Shown here piece by piece: positions 54,277-64,000 of a DNA stretch of 64,000 nucleotides. A program made the translations under genes and the position numbers. Numbering within the stretch: position 1 is the first letter of the stretch; each line of letters opens with the position of its first letter. Source of the stretch: an uncultured Gemmatimonadales bacterium (GTDB lineage Bacteria > Gemmatimonadota > Gemmatimonadetes > Gemmatimonadales > GWC2-71-9); assembly GCA_963844035.1 (NCBI GenBank), contig CAWJMT010000004.1, positions 192,001 through 256,000 on the forward strand, in the 5' to 3' direction. The notes under the pieces are model-generated. The model did no database searches and was not told the DNA's origin. It was given only the letters and a program-made list of their open reading frames with translations.

Positions 54277-54444
54277 AGCCGTCCCCCTCGATCAGCCCGG
54301 GACGTAGGGTACCGTAACCAGAGGACGGGAGCCATCGCCCATTGGAGTTAATCGTGCTCAACCACCTGCAGCCTCAGGGCTTATGCCCCGATACGATCAC
54401 CGGGACCCGGAACGATCCACGTCCTCACGCTGCAGGCCGGGGCA

Positions 54445-56066
54445 CTAGGCAGTACGCGCTGTTATCCACTCCCGCGCCGCGTCGATCTCGCCTTCGGTCA
54501 CCCCATGACCGCCGGGCTCCCAGTGGAGCGTGACGGCGGCCCCCGCCTGGCGGAGCAACTCCGCGAGCCGCTCCGCTTGCGCGACGGGAACCATCGGGTC
54601 TGTACGCCCTGCCCCGATGAACACGGCGGTGCCCGCGAGCCCGGGCAGCGGATCCGGCTCGAACGGCACCATAGGACTCAAGAGCACCGCGCGGCGCAGT
54701 AGCCCGGGGCGCCGCAGCAGTAGACTCGCGGCGATGTTCGCGCCGTTCGAGAACCCCACCGCTACAATGCCGTCGCGATCGAGCGTGTACGTCTTGGCGG
54801 CGCCCGCGATGAACTCCGCCAGCTCCTCGGTGCGGCGCGCCAGATCCTCCTGGTCGAACACGCCCTCGGCGATGCGCCGGAAGAACCGCGGCGCGCCACG
54901 CTCGAGCACCTTGCCGCGGGGGCTCAATAGCCCGGCCCCCGGGAGCAGCGCCCGCCCCAGCGGGATGAGGTCTTCCTCGTCGCCGCCAGTCCCGTGCAAG
55001 AGCAGCAGGGTGGTCCGGCCCGCACGCTCGGCCCTCGCGGTGGGTGGGAGGTAGCGATGGATGAACCCGAGCGCATCAGCGCTCACGTCCTCGGGGCCCG
55101 TCGCGCTGTTCAGGAGCGCGGCGGCGGATTCGGGAGCGGGAAGGTGAATCGACGGCAGGATGGCCTCGATCTCCGGGCGGTGCGCCTCGTACTGGGGCGG
55201 CAGCATCAGCCGCTCCCCCAAGCGCTCGACCGGCTCGTCGATTGCGAAGCCGGGCGGGTCGGTCGCGACCTCGAACAACACGCCCCCTGGCTCCCGGAAA
55301 TAGACGGAGTGGAAGTACTGCCGGTCGATCACGGGCGTAGGGCTCATGCCCGCCTTCACGACCTGCTCCCGCACAGCGAGCTGCCCGGCGTCATCAGCCA
55401 CGCGCCAGGCCACGTGGTGCACCGTCCCCGCCCCGCCCGCGCCGCGCACAAAGCCGCCGACGGAGCGCACGTCCACGATCGTTCCCGGCCCGCCATCGCC
55501 GACCGCAAAGCGGCGGGTGGTGCCGTCTTCGCTCACCTGGCGGAAACCGAGCGTATCTACCAGGACCTGTTCCGTGTCGGTCGCCTCGCTCGACCCACAG
55601 GGTCACACCGTGAAACCCGTGGATCGCGTGCTCACGCGCAATGCCGGCGTGCGTCGCCCCAGGCGGACCTGGCTTCGGCGCCGGAATGGCCCACGATCTC
55701 GAGCATCGACCCGTCAGGGTCTGCGAAGGAGATGACCTGCTTGGTCGGCCCCTGGTACTTGATCCCATGGCGCAGCAACCGCTCGACCCAGAATCCCAGC
55801 GCGCGCGGGAGCACGGCGAACGATGTGACGGCGACCTGCCCCGTCCCGTGGCGCCCGCGCCGGGCGCCGGGCCACGGAAAGAAGGTCATGATGCTGCCTG
55901 GGTGGCCGACGTCGTCGCCGAAGTAGAAGTGGTAGGTCTCGGGATCGTCGAAGTTCACCGTGCGCTTGACGAGGCGTAGGCCGAGTACGCCCACGTAGAA
56001 ATCGAGGTTGCGCTGCGGGTCGCTCGCGATCGCGGTGACGTGATGGATGCCGAGGACGCTGGTCAC
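54445..56066 (-). CDS. Ring-cleaving dioxygenase (MhqO/PcpA-like) fused to alpha/beta hydrolase (MhqD-like); frameshifted near 55560-55660
   Basis: GIHHVTAI..KRTVNFDDP..YHFYF; HHVAW; YF.SVYFREPGG.LFE; then LLHGTGG, GFSNG, GHG. Confidence 0.85.
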
Positions 56067-56071
56067 GGGCG

Positions 56072-57348
56072 CTACGGTGTCGCTTCAGCTCCCGCGTGGC
56101 GCCCGCCGCGCCACGCGGCATACGTCCAGATGAGCCCTCCCACGAGCACCGCGACCGGGATGATCAAGACCGCCTCAGTGAGGGACGTCCGGTCCGAGAG
56201 GATCCCCAGTAAGGCAGGCGAGGGCACGTCGCCGAGCGCGTGAATCGCGAAGATGCTCGCGGCGATGGCGGTGGCGCGCATCTCGGGGGAGACGAGGTTG
56301 ATGATGGCGGAGTTGATCGGGCCCGTGGTAGCGAACAACAGCAGCTCGGCTGCGACGATACCACCCCAATATGCCAACGGATCGGGCGAGCTGAGCGCGA
56401 CCAGGGCGCAGGGTGCGGCCAGGAGCGTCACCACGCCCGACACCCAGAGGTACGACTGCTTGGTGAATCGCAGCAGATAGTCACCTACCCAGCCGCCCAC
56501 AAACGTCCCGACGAACCCGGTCCCGACGAGGATCGAGACCGAACCACGTGGTCGCCGCACCTTCGGGGATGCCCCGCACCCGGATGAGGAACTTCGGCAT
56601 GAACGCGGCCATGCCGCCCAGCGCGAACGTGTAGGCGGCGTACCCGAGCACGGTCAGGAGGTATGGACGATTGCGGCGCAGCACCGCGTAGGCCGTGCGC
56701 ACGCCAGCCCAGGCGGTGGAGGCGAGCGGCGCTACGGCAGGCCGGGGATCGTTGACGCCGCGCGGCGGGTCGTACAGCCGCAGCGCCAGGAATGCGAGCA
56801 CGATACCTGGGAGCCCCGCCACGAAGAACGCGTTCCGCCACCCGAAGTGGACGTCGATCTGGCCGCTGACGATGTAGCCCAGGGCCGACCCGATCGGGAT
56901 CGCCGCGAAGAATATCGAGAAGATTCGCCCGCGATGCGACCGCGGGTAGTAGTCGGAGATCAGCGTCGGCGCGATGGTCCCGTAGGCCGCTTCGCCGATG
57001 CCGACGGCGGCACGCGCCACGAGCAGGCTCGCGAAGCTCCACGCGATTCCGCCCGCCACCGTGGCGAGGCTCCAGAGCAACACGCCGAGCGCAATGAGCC
57101 GCGGACGCGATCGCGTGTCGCCCAGCGCCCCGAAGATCGGCGCCGCGACCATGTAGACGATGATGAAACCGCTGATCAGCAGGCCGAACTGGGTGTCGCT
57201 GATCCCGAGCGACGAGTGCCGGAGGCTCTCGCTCAGACGCCGCGGGCACGTAGCGATCCAGGTAGTTGAGCAGGTTGATCGCCGTGAGGATCACGAGACC
57301 ACGGCGCGCGAGGCGCCCGGAATCGGTCACGACGGCGGGCCCGCTCAT
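56072..57348 (-). CDS. Spinster-family MFS transporter (frameshifted)
   Basis: LNYLDR, RA.VGIGEAAY..IAPTLISDYYP, HALGD.PSP. Confidence 0.88.
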
Positions 57349-57370
57349 CGAGCGATAGGGGAGGTCCCGG

Positions 57371-59577
57371 CTACAGGTTCTTTTGCAGCCACTCGGTGAG
57401 CAACCCGAAGACGTTTTCGCTCGTGTTGCCGCCGGAGATGGAATGGGTCTTGTTCGGGTAGATGCGCAGATCGAACTGCTTGTTGGCGCGCTCCAGGCGC
57501 TGCACCATCTGGATGGTGTTCTGGAAGTGCACGTTGTCGTCCCCCGTGCCGTGGACCAGCAACAGACGGCCCTTCAAGCTGTCGGCGTACGCCATCGAGG
57601 AGCCTTCGTCGTAGCCATCGGGATTCTCCGCCGGCGTCAGCATGTAGCGCTCGGTGTAGATCGTGTCGTACAGGCGCCAGTCGGCGACCGGGGCGACCGC
57701 GATCGCCGCCCTGAACACGCCGCCCCCCACGAACAGGGTGCGCGACGCGACGTACCCGCCGTAGCTCCAGCCCCACAGTCCGATGCGAGCCGGATCGACG
57801 TAGGGAAGTGCGCCGAAGTAGCGCGCCGCGGCGATCTGGTCCGCGGATTCGAAGCGACCGAGATGGAGGTACACCTGGCGCTTGAAGCGCGCGCCGCGCC
57901 CGCCCGTGCCCCGGTTGTCGACGCTCGCGACCAGGTAGCCGTCGCGCGCCAGCTTCTGGAACCACAGGTAGTACGCCCCGCCCCACGCGTCCAGCACGGT
58001 TTGGGATCCCGGCCCTCCGTACGCCCACATGAGCAGCGGGTAGCGCTTCGCGGGATCGAAGTTCCGCGGCTTGATCACCGACGCGTTCAACACGGTCCCG
58101 TCCGACAGACGAATCTTCGTGAACTCCGGGGGTGCCAGGCCGAGCGCGGCAACCTTCGCCAGCGCCGCGCGGTTGTCGGCGAGGGTCCGCACGACGCTGC
58201 CATCCGCGCGGCGCAGCACCTGCACCGGCGGCACACCCGCCCGCGAGTAGGTGTCCAGGTACCACCGGCAGGTGAGATCGAGCTCGATGTTGTGGGTTCC
58301 CGAATCGGTCGAGATCCGCGTGAGGCCCCGGCCGTCGAGCCCGATCCGGAGAAACGGACGGGTGAGCGGACCGTCGATCGTGCTGCTGAAGTACAGGGTC
58401 CGCGCTTTCTCATCCACGCCGTGCACGGTCGTGACATCCCAGTCGCCGGGGGTCACGCGGCGGACCAGCGCTCCGGCGCGCGTATAGAGGTAGACGTGCG
58501 AGTACCCGTCGCGATCGCTTTCGAACAGGAACTGCTTGCCGCCGTCGATCCAGAGCGGCCGATGTCCGTACTCCACCCACGCCGAATCGGTGTCGGTCAT
58601 GATGACGCGTGACGGAGCCGGTCTTCGCGTCGGCCAGGATCAGGTCCAGGCGGTTCTGATGGCGGTTGAGCCGGGTGAGCCAGACCTCGGCCGGCGCGTC
58701 GGCGAAATCCATCGCCGGCACGTAGATGTCGGTTTCGGCGCCGAGGTCGATCCAGGTCGTGCGGCCGGTTGCGAGCTCCACCACGCCGATCTGCACCTTG
58801 GAGTTCGGCGTCCCCGTCTTGGGATACCGCACCGGCATGAGCACCGGGTAGAGCGAGTCGGCATTGAGCAGGAAGAACGGCCGCACCGCCGTCTGGTCTA
58901 ACCGCCAGAACGCGATCCGCTGGCCATCCGGACTCCAGCGAAAGGCGTCGCGCAGGTCGAGCTCCTCCTCGTACGCCCAGTCGGTCGTGCCGTTGATGAT
59001 GTTCTCGTCCCCATCGGTCGTGAGTGCGGTCTCCGCGCCCGTGGCGAGGTCGGTCACGAATACGTTGTTGTCACGCACGAAGCCGACCTGTCGCCCGTCC
59101 GGGGACAGCTTCGCGAACATCTGGTAGCCGGGCTTGGTGCTGATGGGCAGGAGGCGCTTGGCGGTGAAATCCCAGACGAAGAAGGTGCCCTTGGTGCGCT
59201 GCCGCCAGACGCGCGCCGAATTGGTGAAGATGAGAAGCTTCGTGGCGTCCTTCGAGAACTGGTAACTCTCGACGTCGATCGCGTCCCGTCCGCCCGCGGG
59301 AACGAGGTCCTCCCCGCGCACCAGGAGCGTGCGGCCGCCGCTCGCCGCATCGACCCGGTACAGGTTGGTCTGTCCGGCGCTGTCGTCGAGGACGGTGTAC
59401 GCCGAGCCGTCCCGCATCCACTGGATGTCGACGAGATCGTTCGCAAACTCCCGTGAGGCGAAAATCGAGCGGACCGATAGCTCCGGCGCCTGGCCCGCGA
59501 GCGGCGACGCCAGCTGCACCAGCAAACCAAAGACGAGGCCGCGTACCGGCCGTCGGCGACTCGGCGCGAAGGTCATG
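57371..59577 (-). CDS. S9B dipeptidyl-peptidase IV (frameshift near 58610)
   Basis: DWAYEEE, YPKTG, GWSYGG nucleophile motif, DDNVH, H triad. Confidence 0.92.
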
Positions 59578-59653
59578 AGAACCACCAATCAACAAGGATA
59601 TGGGAACGCCAAACTTAGCCGCCCAACGGGCGCGCGAGCGAGTCCTGGTGCCC

Positions 59654-59683
59654 TTGACGGGCTTCGAAACGGGCGGGTATATT
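59654..59683 (+). promoter_or_regulatory. Sigma-70 promoter of the gltB leader
   Basis: TTGACG-N18-TATATT. Confidence 0.65.
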
Positions 59684-59723
59684 TATCCCGCACAATGCAT
59701 AATCATACGTTCTAACTAATACC

Positions 59724-59825
59724 GTGAGGCTGGGGCTCAACGTCGCTGTGCATACACCACAGGTTGCTGATACGTCGACTCCGAAGCCGGACATTTCCCC
59801 CAGTGGGAGCGACCGGGTGGTGTAG
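59724..59825 (+). CDS. Candidate gltB leader peptide (33 aa)
   Basis: GTG...TAG ORF (MRLGLNVAVHTPQVADTSTPKPDISPSGSDRVV) whose 3' end overlaps the antiterminator arm. Confidence 0.5.
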   Translation: MRLGLNVAVHTPQVADTSTPKPDISPSGSDRVV

Positions 59826-59847
59826 CACGCAGTCAAGGTAAATCCCC

Positions 59848-59878
59848 GGCCCGCTCCCAACGGAGCGGGTCTTTTTTT
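59848..59878 (+). terminator. Attenuator terminator upstream of gltB
   Basis: GGCCCGCTCC-CAAC-GGAGCGGGTC followed by T7, ending 27 nt before the gltB ATG. Confidence 0.85.
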
Positions 59879-59905
59879 GTTTCGCGCGGACTGTAAGGAG
59901 CGGGC

Positions 59906-62900
59906 ATGAGCGAGGTGGACGAACCGCAAGGACTCTACGCCCCCGGCGACGAGCACGACGCCTGCGGTGTCGGTTTCGTCGTCCACACCAAGGGGGAGAA
60001 GTCCCACGACATCGTCGTGAAGGCGCTGCAGGTTCTCATCAACCTGGAGCATCGGGGAGCATGCGGCTGTGAGGCGAACACCGGCGACGGCGCGGGCATT
60101 CTCGTCCAAGTCCCGGATGGCTTCCTGCGCGCGGTGCTCCCGTTCGAGCTGCCGCCGCTCGGCCAGTACGGCGCGGGCCTCGTGTTCCTGCCGCACGACG
60201 CGCGCAGCCGCAACACCGTCAAGGCGCTCCTCGAGAAGATCGCCGCCGAGGAAGGTCAGCAGGTGCTCGGCTGGCGGGCCGTTCCGACCGACGACCGGCT
60301 GGTTGGCGACAGCGCCAGGGCGGCGGAGCCGATGTTCGAGCAGGTCTTCATCGCGGCGGGCCCGTCTCTCCGCACCGCCGGATCGCGCGCCAGCTTCGAG
60401 CGGAAGCTCTACGTCATCCGCAAGCGGGTCGAGCACGCCGTCGACGCGCTGGAGATGAACGCGCTCTCGCGGCGCTCGTTCTACATCGTCAGCCTGTCGT
60501 CGAACACGCTGATCTACAAGGGCATGCTCCAGGCCAAGCAGCTGAGCCCCATGTTCCCGGACCTGGCCGACCCGCGCGTGACGTCCGCGCTCGCACTGGT
60601 CCACCAGCGGTTCAGCACCAACACGTTCCCGTCGTGGCCCCTGGCGCATCCCTATCGGCTGATCGCCCACAACGGCGAGATCAACACGCTCCGCGGCAAC
60701 ATCAACTGGATGCGGGCGCGCGAGAGTCTGCTCCAGAGCGACGTCCTCGGCGACGACCTGAAGAAGCTGCTGCCGATCATCCGCGAGGGGAACAGCGACA
60801 CGGCCACGTTCGACAACGTGCTCGAGCTGCTCGTGATGTCGGGGCGGTCGCTCCCGCACGCGCTGCTGATGATGATTCCCGAGCCGTGGAGCGGGAACCC
60901 CGCCATGAGCCCCGAGCGGCGTGCCTTTTACGAGTACCACTCGGCGCTGATGGAGCCGTGGGACGGGCCGGCGTCGATTGCGTTCAGCGACGGCACGGTC
61001 ATTGGCGCGGTGCTCGACCGGAACGGGCTCCGTCCGTCGCGCTACTACGTGACGAAGAACGATCTCGTGATCATGGCCTCGGAGGCCGGCGTGCTCGACG
61101 TGCCGCCCGAGGAGATCCTGGTCAAGGGGCGGCTCAGCCCGGGCAAGATCTTCCTCGTCGACACGGCGCAGGGACGCATCGTCGACGATGAGGAGATCAA
61201 GGGGACGCTCGCGGCCGAGCATCCGTACGGTGAGTGGCTGAAGACTCAGATGGTCGACATCGACGACTTCCCACCCGCGCGGGCAGAGCGGCCGGAGCAC
61301 GCGACCGTATTCAGCCGGCAGCAGGCCTTCGGGTACACCCAGGAGGATCTGCGTCTGATCATTGGGGCGATGGCGCTGACCGGCGAGGAGCCGATCGGCT
61401 CGATGGGGACCGACTCGGCCCTGGCCGTGCTGTCCGACAGGCCTCGGGTGCTGTACGACTACTTCAAGCAGATTTTCGCGCAGGTGACCAACCCCCCGCT
61501 CGACGCGATCCGGGAAGAGCTGGTCACGTCGATGGGGTCGACGATCGGGCCGGAGCGGAATCTGCTCAAGGCCGAGCCGGAGTCGTGCCGGCAGATCCAC
61601 ATCAAGTACCCGATCATCCACAACGAGGAGGTCGCGAAGCTGCGGCATCTGCCGCCGGACGTGCCGTTCCGCTCGACGACGCTCTCGATGCTATTCGACC
61701 CGTCGGGCGACGGCCCCGGCCTCGAGCAGGCGATGGCGGAGCTCTGCCGCCGGGCGAGTGAGGCAGTCGCCGCCGGGTTCGACATTCTCATCCTGTCCGA
61801 CCGCGGCGTGGGTCCGCGCCTCGCGCCCATCCCGAGCCTGCTGGCGACGGCCGGCGTGCACCACCACCTCGTGCGCGAGGGGACGCGGACGAAGTGCGGG
61901 CTCGTCATCGAGTCGGGCGATGCGCGCGAGGTGCACCACGTCTCGCTGCTGCTCGGCTACGGGGCGGGCGTGGTCAACCCGTACGTGGCGTTCGAGACGA
62001 TCGACGACATGATCCGGCAGGGCATGTTGCCGGGCATCGACCACGAGAAGGCGGTTCAGCACTACATCAAGGCGCTCAACAAGGGCGTTCTCAAGGTGAT
62101 GTCGAAGATGGGGATCTCGACGCTGCAGAGCTACTGCGGCGCGCAGATCTTTGAAGCGATCGGGCTCCACCAGGGGTTGATCGACCAGTACTTCACGCAC
62201 ACGACGTCACGCGTGGGCGGCGTGAAGATCGACGTCATCGCCGAGGAGGCGCGGCGCCGGCACGAGCGGGCGTTCGGCGGTCAGCCGCCTCGGCCGGCGG
62301 AGCTCGAGCCGGGCGGCGAGTACCAGTGGCGCCGGGACGGGGAGTATCACCTCTTCAACCCCGAGACCGTGTTCAAGCTGCAGCACGCGACCCGGTCGGG
62401 GCAGTACGACATCTTCAAGCAGTACACGCAGGCCGTGAACGTGCAGACCGAGCATCGGGCCACGTTGCGGGGGCTGTTCCGGCTGAAGCCGGCCGGGCCG
62501 GCCATCCCGATCGACGACGTCGAGCCGGTCGAGACGATCGTCAAGCGTTTCGCGACCGGTGCGATGTCGTACGGGTCGATTAGCGCCGAAGCGCACGAGA
62601 CGCTCGCCATCGCGATGAACCGCCTGGGCGGCAAGTCGAACACCGGCGAGGGCGGCGAGGACGCCGAGCGGTATGTGCCGCTCCCGAACGGCGATTCCAA
62701 ACGCAGCGCGATCAAGCAGGTGGCATCGGGGCGTTTCGGCGTCACGAGCGAGTACCTCGTCAACGCCGACGAGCTGCAGATCAAGATGGCGCAGGGAGCC
62801 AAGCCCGGCGAAGGCGGGCAGCTGCCCGGGCACAAGGTGTATCCGTGGATCGCGAAAACACGGCACTCCACGCCCGGCGTGGGCCTCATCTCGCCGCCGC

Positions 62901-64000
62901 CGCACCACGACATCTACTCGATCGAGGACCTGGCACAGCTGATCTTTGACCTGAAGAACTCGAACCCGACGGCACGGATCGCCGTCAAGCTCGTGTCGGA
63001 GGGGGGCGTCGGAACCGTGGCGGCGGGTGTGGCCAAGGCGCACGCGGACGTGGTGCTCATTTCCGGCCACGACGGCGGCACGGGGGCGTCCCCGCAGACG
63101 AGCTTGAAACACGCCGGGCTCCCCTGGGAGCTCGGCCTGGCCGAGACGCAGCAGGTGCTCGTGCTCAACAAGCTGCGGGATCGGATCACCGTCCAGGTCG
63201 ACGGCCAGATGAAGACCGGTCGAGACGTGGTGATTGGCGCGCTCCTCGGAGCCGAGGAGTACGGGTTCGCCACGGCGCCGCTGGTCGTCATGGGCTGCAT
63301 CATGATGCGCGTGTGCCACCTGAACACCTGCCCGGTGGGCATCGCGACGCAGGATCCCGAGCTGCGCCGGAAGTTCACCGGGAAACCCGAGTTCGTCGAG
63401 AACTTCTTCCGCTTCATCGCCCAAGAAGTGCGCGAGCTTATGGCGCAGCTCGGCTTCCGCACCATCGACGAGATGATCGGCAGGGCCGACTGTCTCGACA
63501 TCGAACGGGCCGTGGGGCACTGGAAAGCCAAGGGCCTGGCGCTCGAGCCGCTCCTGTACCAGCCGGACCAGCCGGCGTCGGTGGCGCGCCGCAAAGTGGT
63601 CGAGCAGGACCATGGTCTCGCGGGCCAGCTCGACCTCGAGCTGATTCGCGCGGCGGCCCCTGCGCTCGAGCACCGGTCACCCGTCGAGCTGAATGCCCGC
63701 ATTCGCAACTCCGACCGCACCGTCGGCACGAGGCTGGGCTACGAGCTCACGAAGCGCTACGGCGGAGCCGGGCTCCCCGACGACACGATCCGGATCACGT
63801 TCACCGGGTCGGCCGGCCAGAGCTTCGGGGCGTTCATCCCGCGCGGGATGACGCTCACCCTGGTCGGTGACGCCAACGATGGTCTCGGCAAGGGGCTGTC
63901 GGGCGGGAAGGTCGTCGTATATCCGCCCGCGCGCTCGACGTTCAAGGCGGAGGAGAACATCATCGTTGGCAACGTCGCGTTCTACGGCGCGACGGGCGGC
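59906..64000 (+). CDS. gltB: Glutamate synthase large subunit (runs off window end)
   Basis: [18 protein letters not shown] (catalytic Cys), [37 protein letters not shown]; start and end are in the same frame. Confidence 0.97.
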   Translation, partial: MSEVDEPQGLYAPGDEHDACGVGFVVHTKGEKSHDIVVKALQVLINLEHRGACGCEANTGDGAGILVQVPDGFLRAVLPFELPPLGQYGAGLVFLPHDARSRNTVKALLEKIAAEEGQQVLGWRAVPTDDRLVGDSARAAEPMFEQVFIAAGPSLRTAGSRASFERKLYVIRKRVEHAVDALEMNALSRRSFYIVSLSSNTLIYKGMLQAKQLSPMFPDLADPRVTSALALVHQRFSTNTFPSWPLAHPYRLIAHNGEINTLRGNINWMRARESLLQSDVLGDDLKKLLPIIREGNSDTATFDNVLELLVMSGRSLPHALLMMIPEPWSGNPAMSPERRAFYEYHSALMEPWDGPASIAFSDGTVIGAVLDRNGLRPSRYYVTKNDLVIMASEAGVLDVPPEEILVKGRLSPGKIFLVDTAQGRIVDDEEIKGTLAAEHPYGEWLKTQMVDIDDFPPARAERPEHATVFSRQQAFGYTQEDLRLIIGAMALTGEEPIGSMGTDSALAVLSDRPRVLYDYFKQIFAQVTNPPLDAIREELVTSMGSTIGPERNLLKAEPESCRQIHIKYPIIHNEEVAKLRHLPPDVPFRSTTLSMLFDPSGDGPGLEQAMAELCRRASEAVAAGFDILILSDRGVGPRLAPIPSLLATAGVHHHLVREGTRTKCGLVIESGDAREVHHVSLLLGYGAGVVNPYVAFETIDDMIRQGMLPGIDHEKAVQHYIKALNKGVLKVMSKMGISTLQSYCGAQIFEAIGLHQGLIDQYFTHTTSRVGGVKIDVIAEEARRRHERAFGGQPPRPAELEPGGEYQWRRDGEYHLFNPETVFKLQHATRSGQYDIFKQYTQAVNVQTEHRATLRGLFRLKPAGPAIPIDDVEPVETIVKRFATGAMSYGSISAEAHETLAIAMNRLGGKSNTGEGGEDAERYVPLPNGDSKRSAIKQVASGRFGVTSEYLVNADELQIKMAQGAKPGEGGQLPGHKVYPWIAKTRHSTPGVGLISPPPHHDIYSIEDLAQLIFDLKNSNPTARIAVKLVSEGGVGTVAAGVAKAHADVVLISGHDGGTGASPQTSLKHAGLPWELGLAETQQVLVLNKLRDRITVQVDGQMKTGRDVVIGALLGAEEYGFATAPLVVMGCIMMRVCHLNTCPVGIATQDPELRRKFTGKPEFVENFFRFIAQEVRELMAQLGFRTIDEMIGRADCLDIERAVGHWKAKGLALEPLLYQPDQPASVARRKVVEQDHGLAGQLDLELIRAAAPALEHRSPVELNARIRNSDRTVGTRLGYELTKRYGGAGLPDDTIRITFTGSAGQSFGAFIPRGMTLTLVGDANDGLGKGLSGGKVVVYPPARSTFKAEENIIVGNVAFYGATGG

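Noticed and set aside
59695..59715. MHNHTF as a histidine attenuator peptide
   Set aside because: Only two His codons, too far from the antiterminator, and the downstream gene is gltB.

Overview
High-GC bacterial chromosome segment. Gene content suggests Gemmatimonadota or a related FCB-superphylum lineage (inference). About 65 CDS; no rRNA, tRNA, CRISPR array or transposase recognised. More than 20 otherwise intact genes carry 1-3 small indels, most likely long-read assembly errors rather than pseudogenisation. Main blocks: (1) a minus-strand envelope operon of TonB-dependent receptor, ~1300-aa protein with a T9SS-like C-terminal domain, PorV-like barrel, GWxTD protein, Ig-like lipoprotein and a second GWxTD protein; (2) a SigR/RsrA-like ECF pair heading a DUF92/FAD-oxidoreductase/flavin reductase/methyltransferase/cyclase/ketosynthase run; (3) hemDCB, ccmABCD, acs, dsbA-vkor and argJ; (4) an ECF sigma with a CBM48-bearing partner; (5) pruA, two-component genes, aguBA, a dioxygenase-esterase fusion, an MFS transporter, DPP-IV and gltB. 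Best candidate for an undescribed system: a gene pair at 46871-49548. The first product carries both PmoC/AmoC-type copper motifs (CuC- and CuD-like) with matching spacing. The second has a PmoB-like topology with a predicted mature N-terminal His. Together they may form a remote copper membrane monooxygenase-like or copper-handling complex. A leader-peptide attenuator upstream of gltB is the second strongest find.
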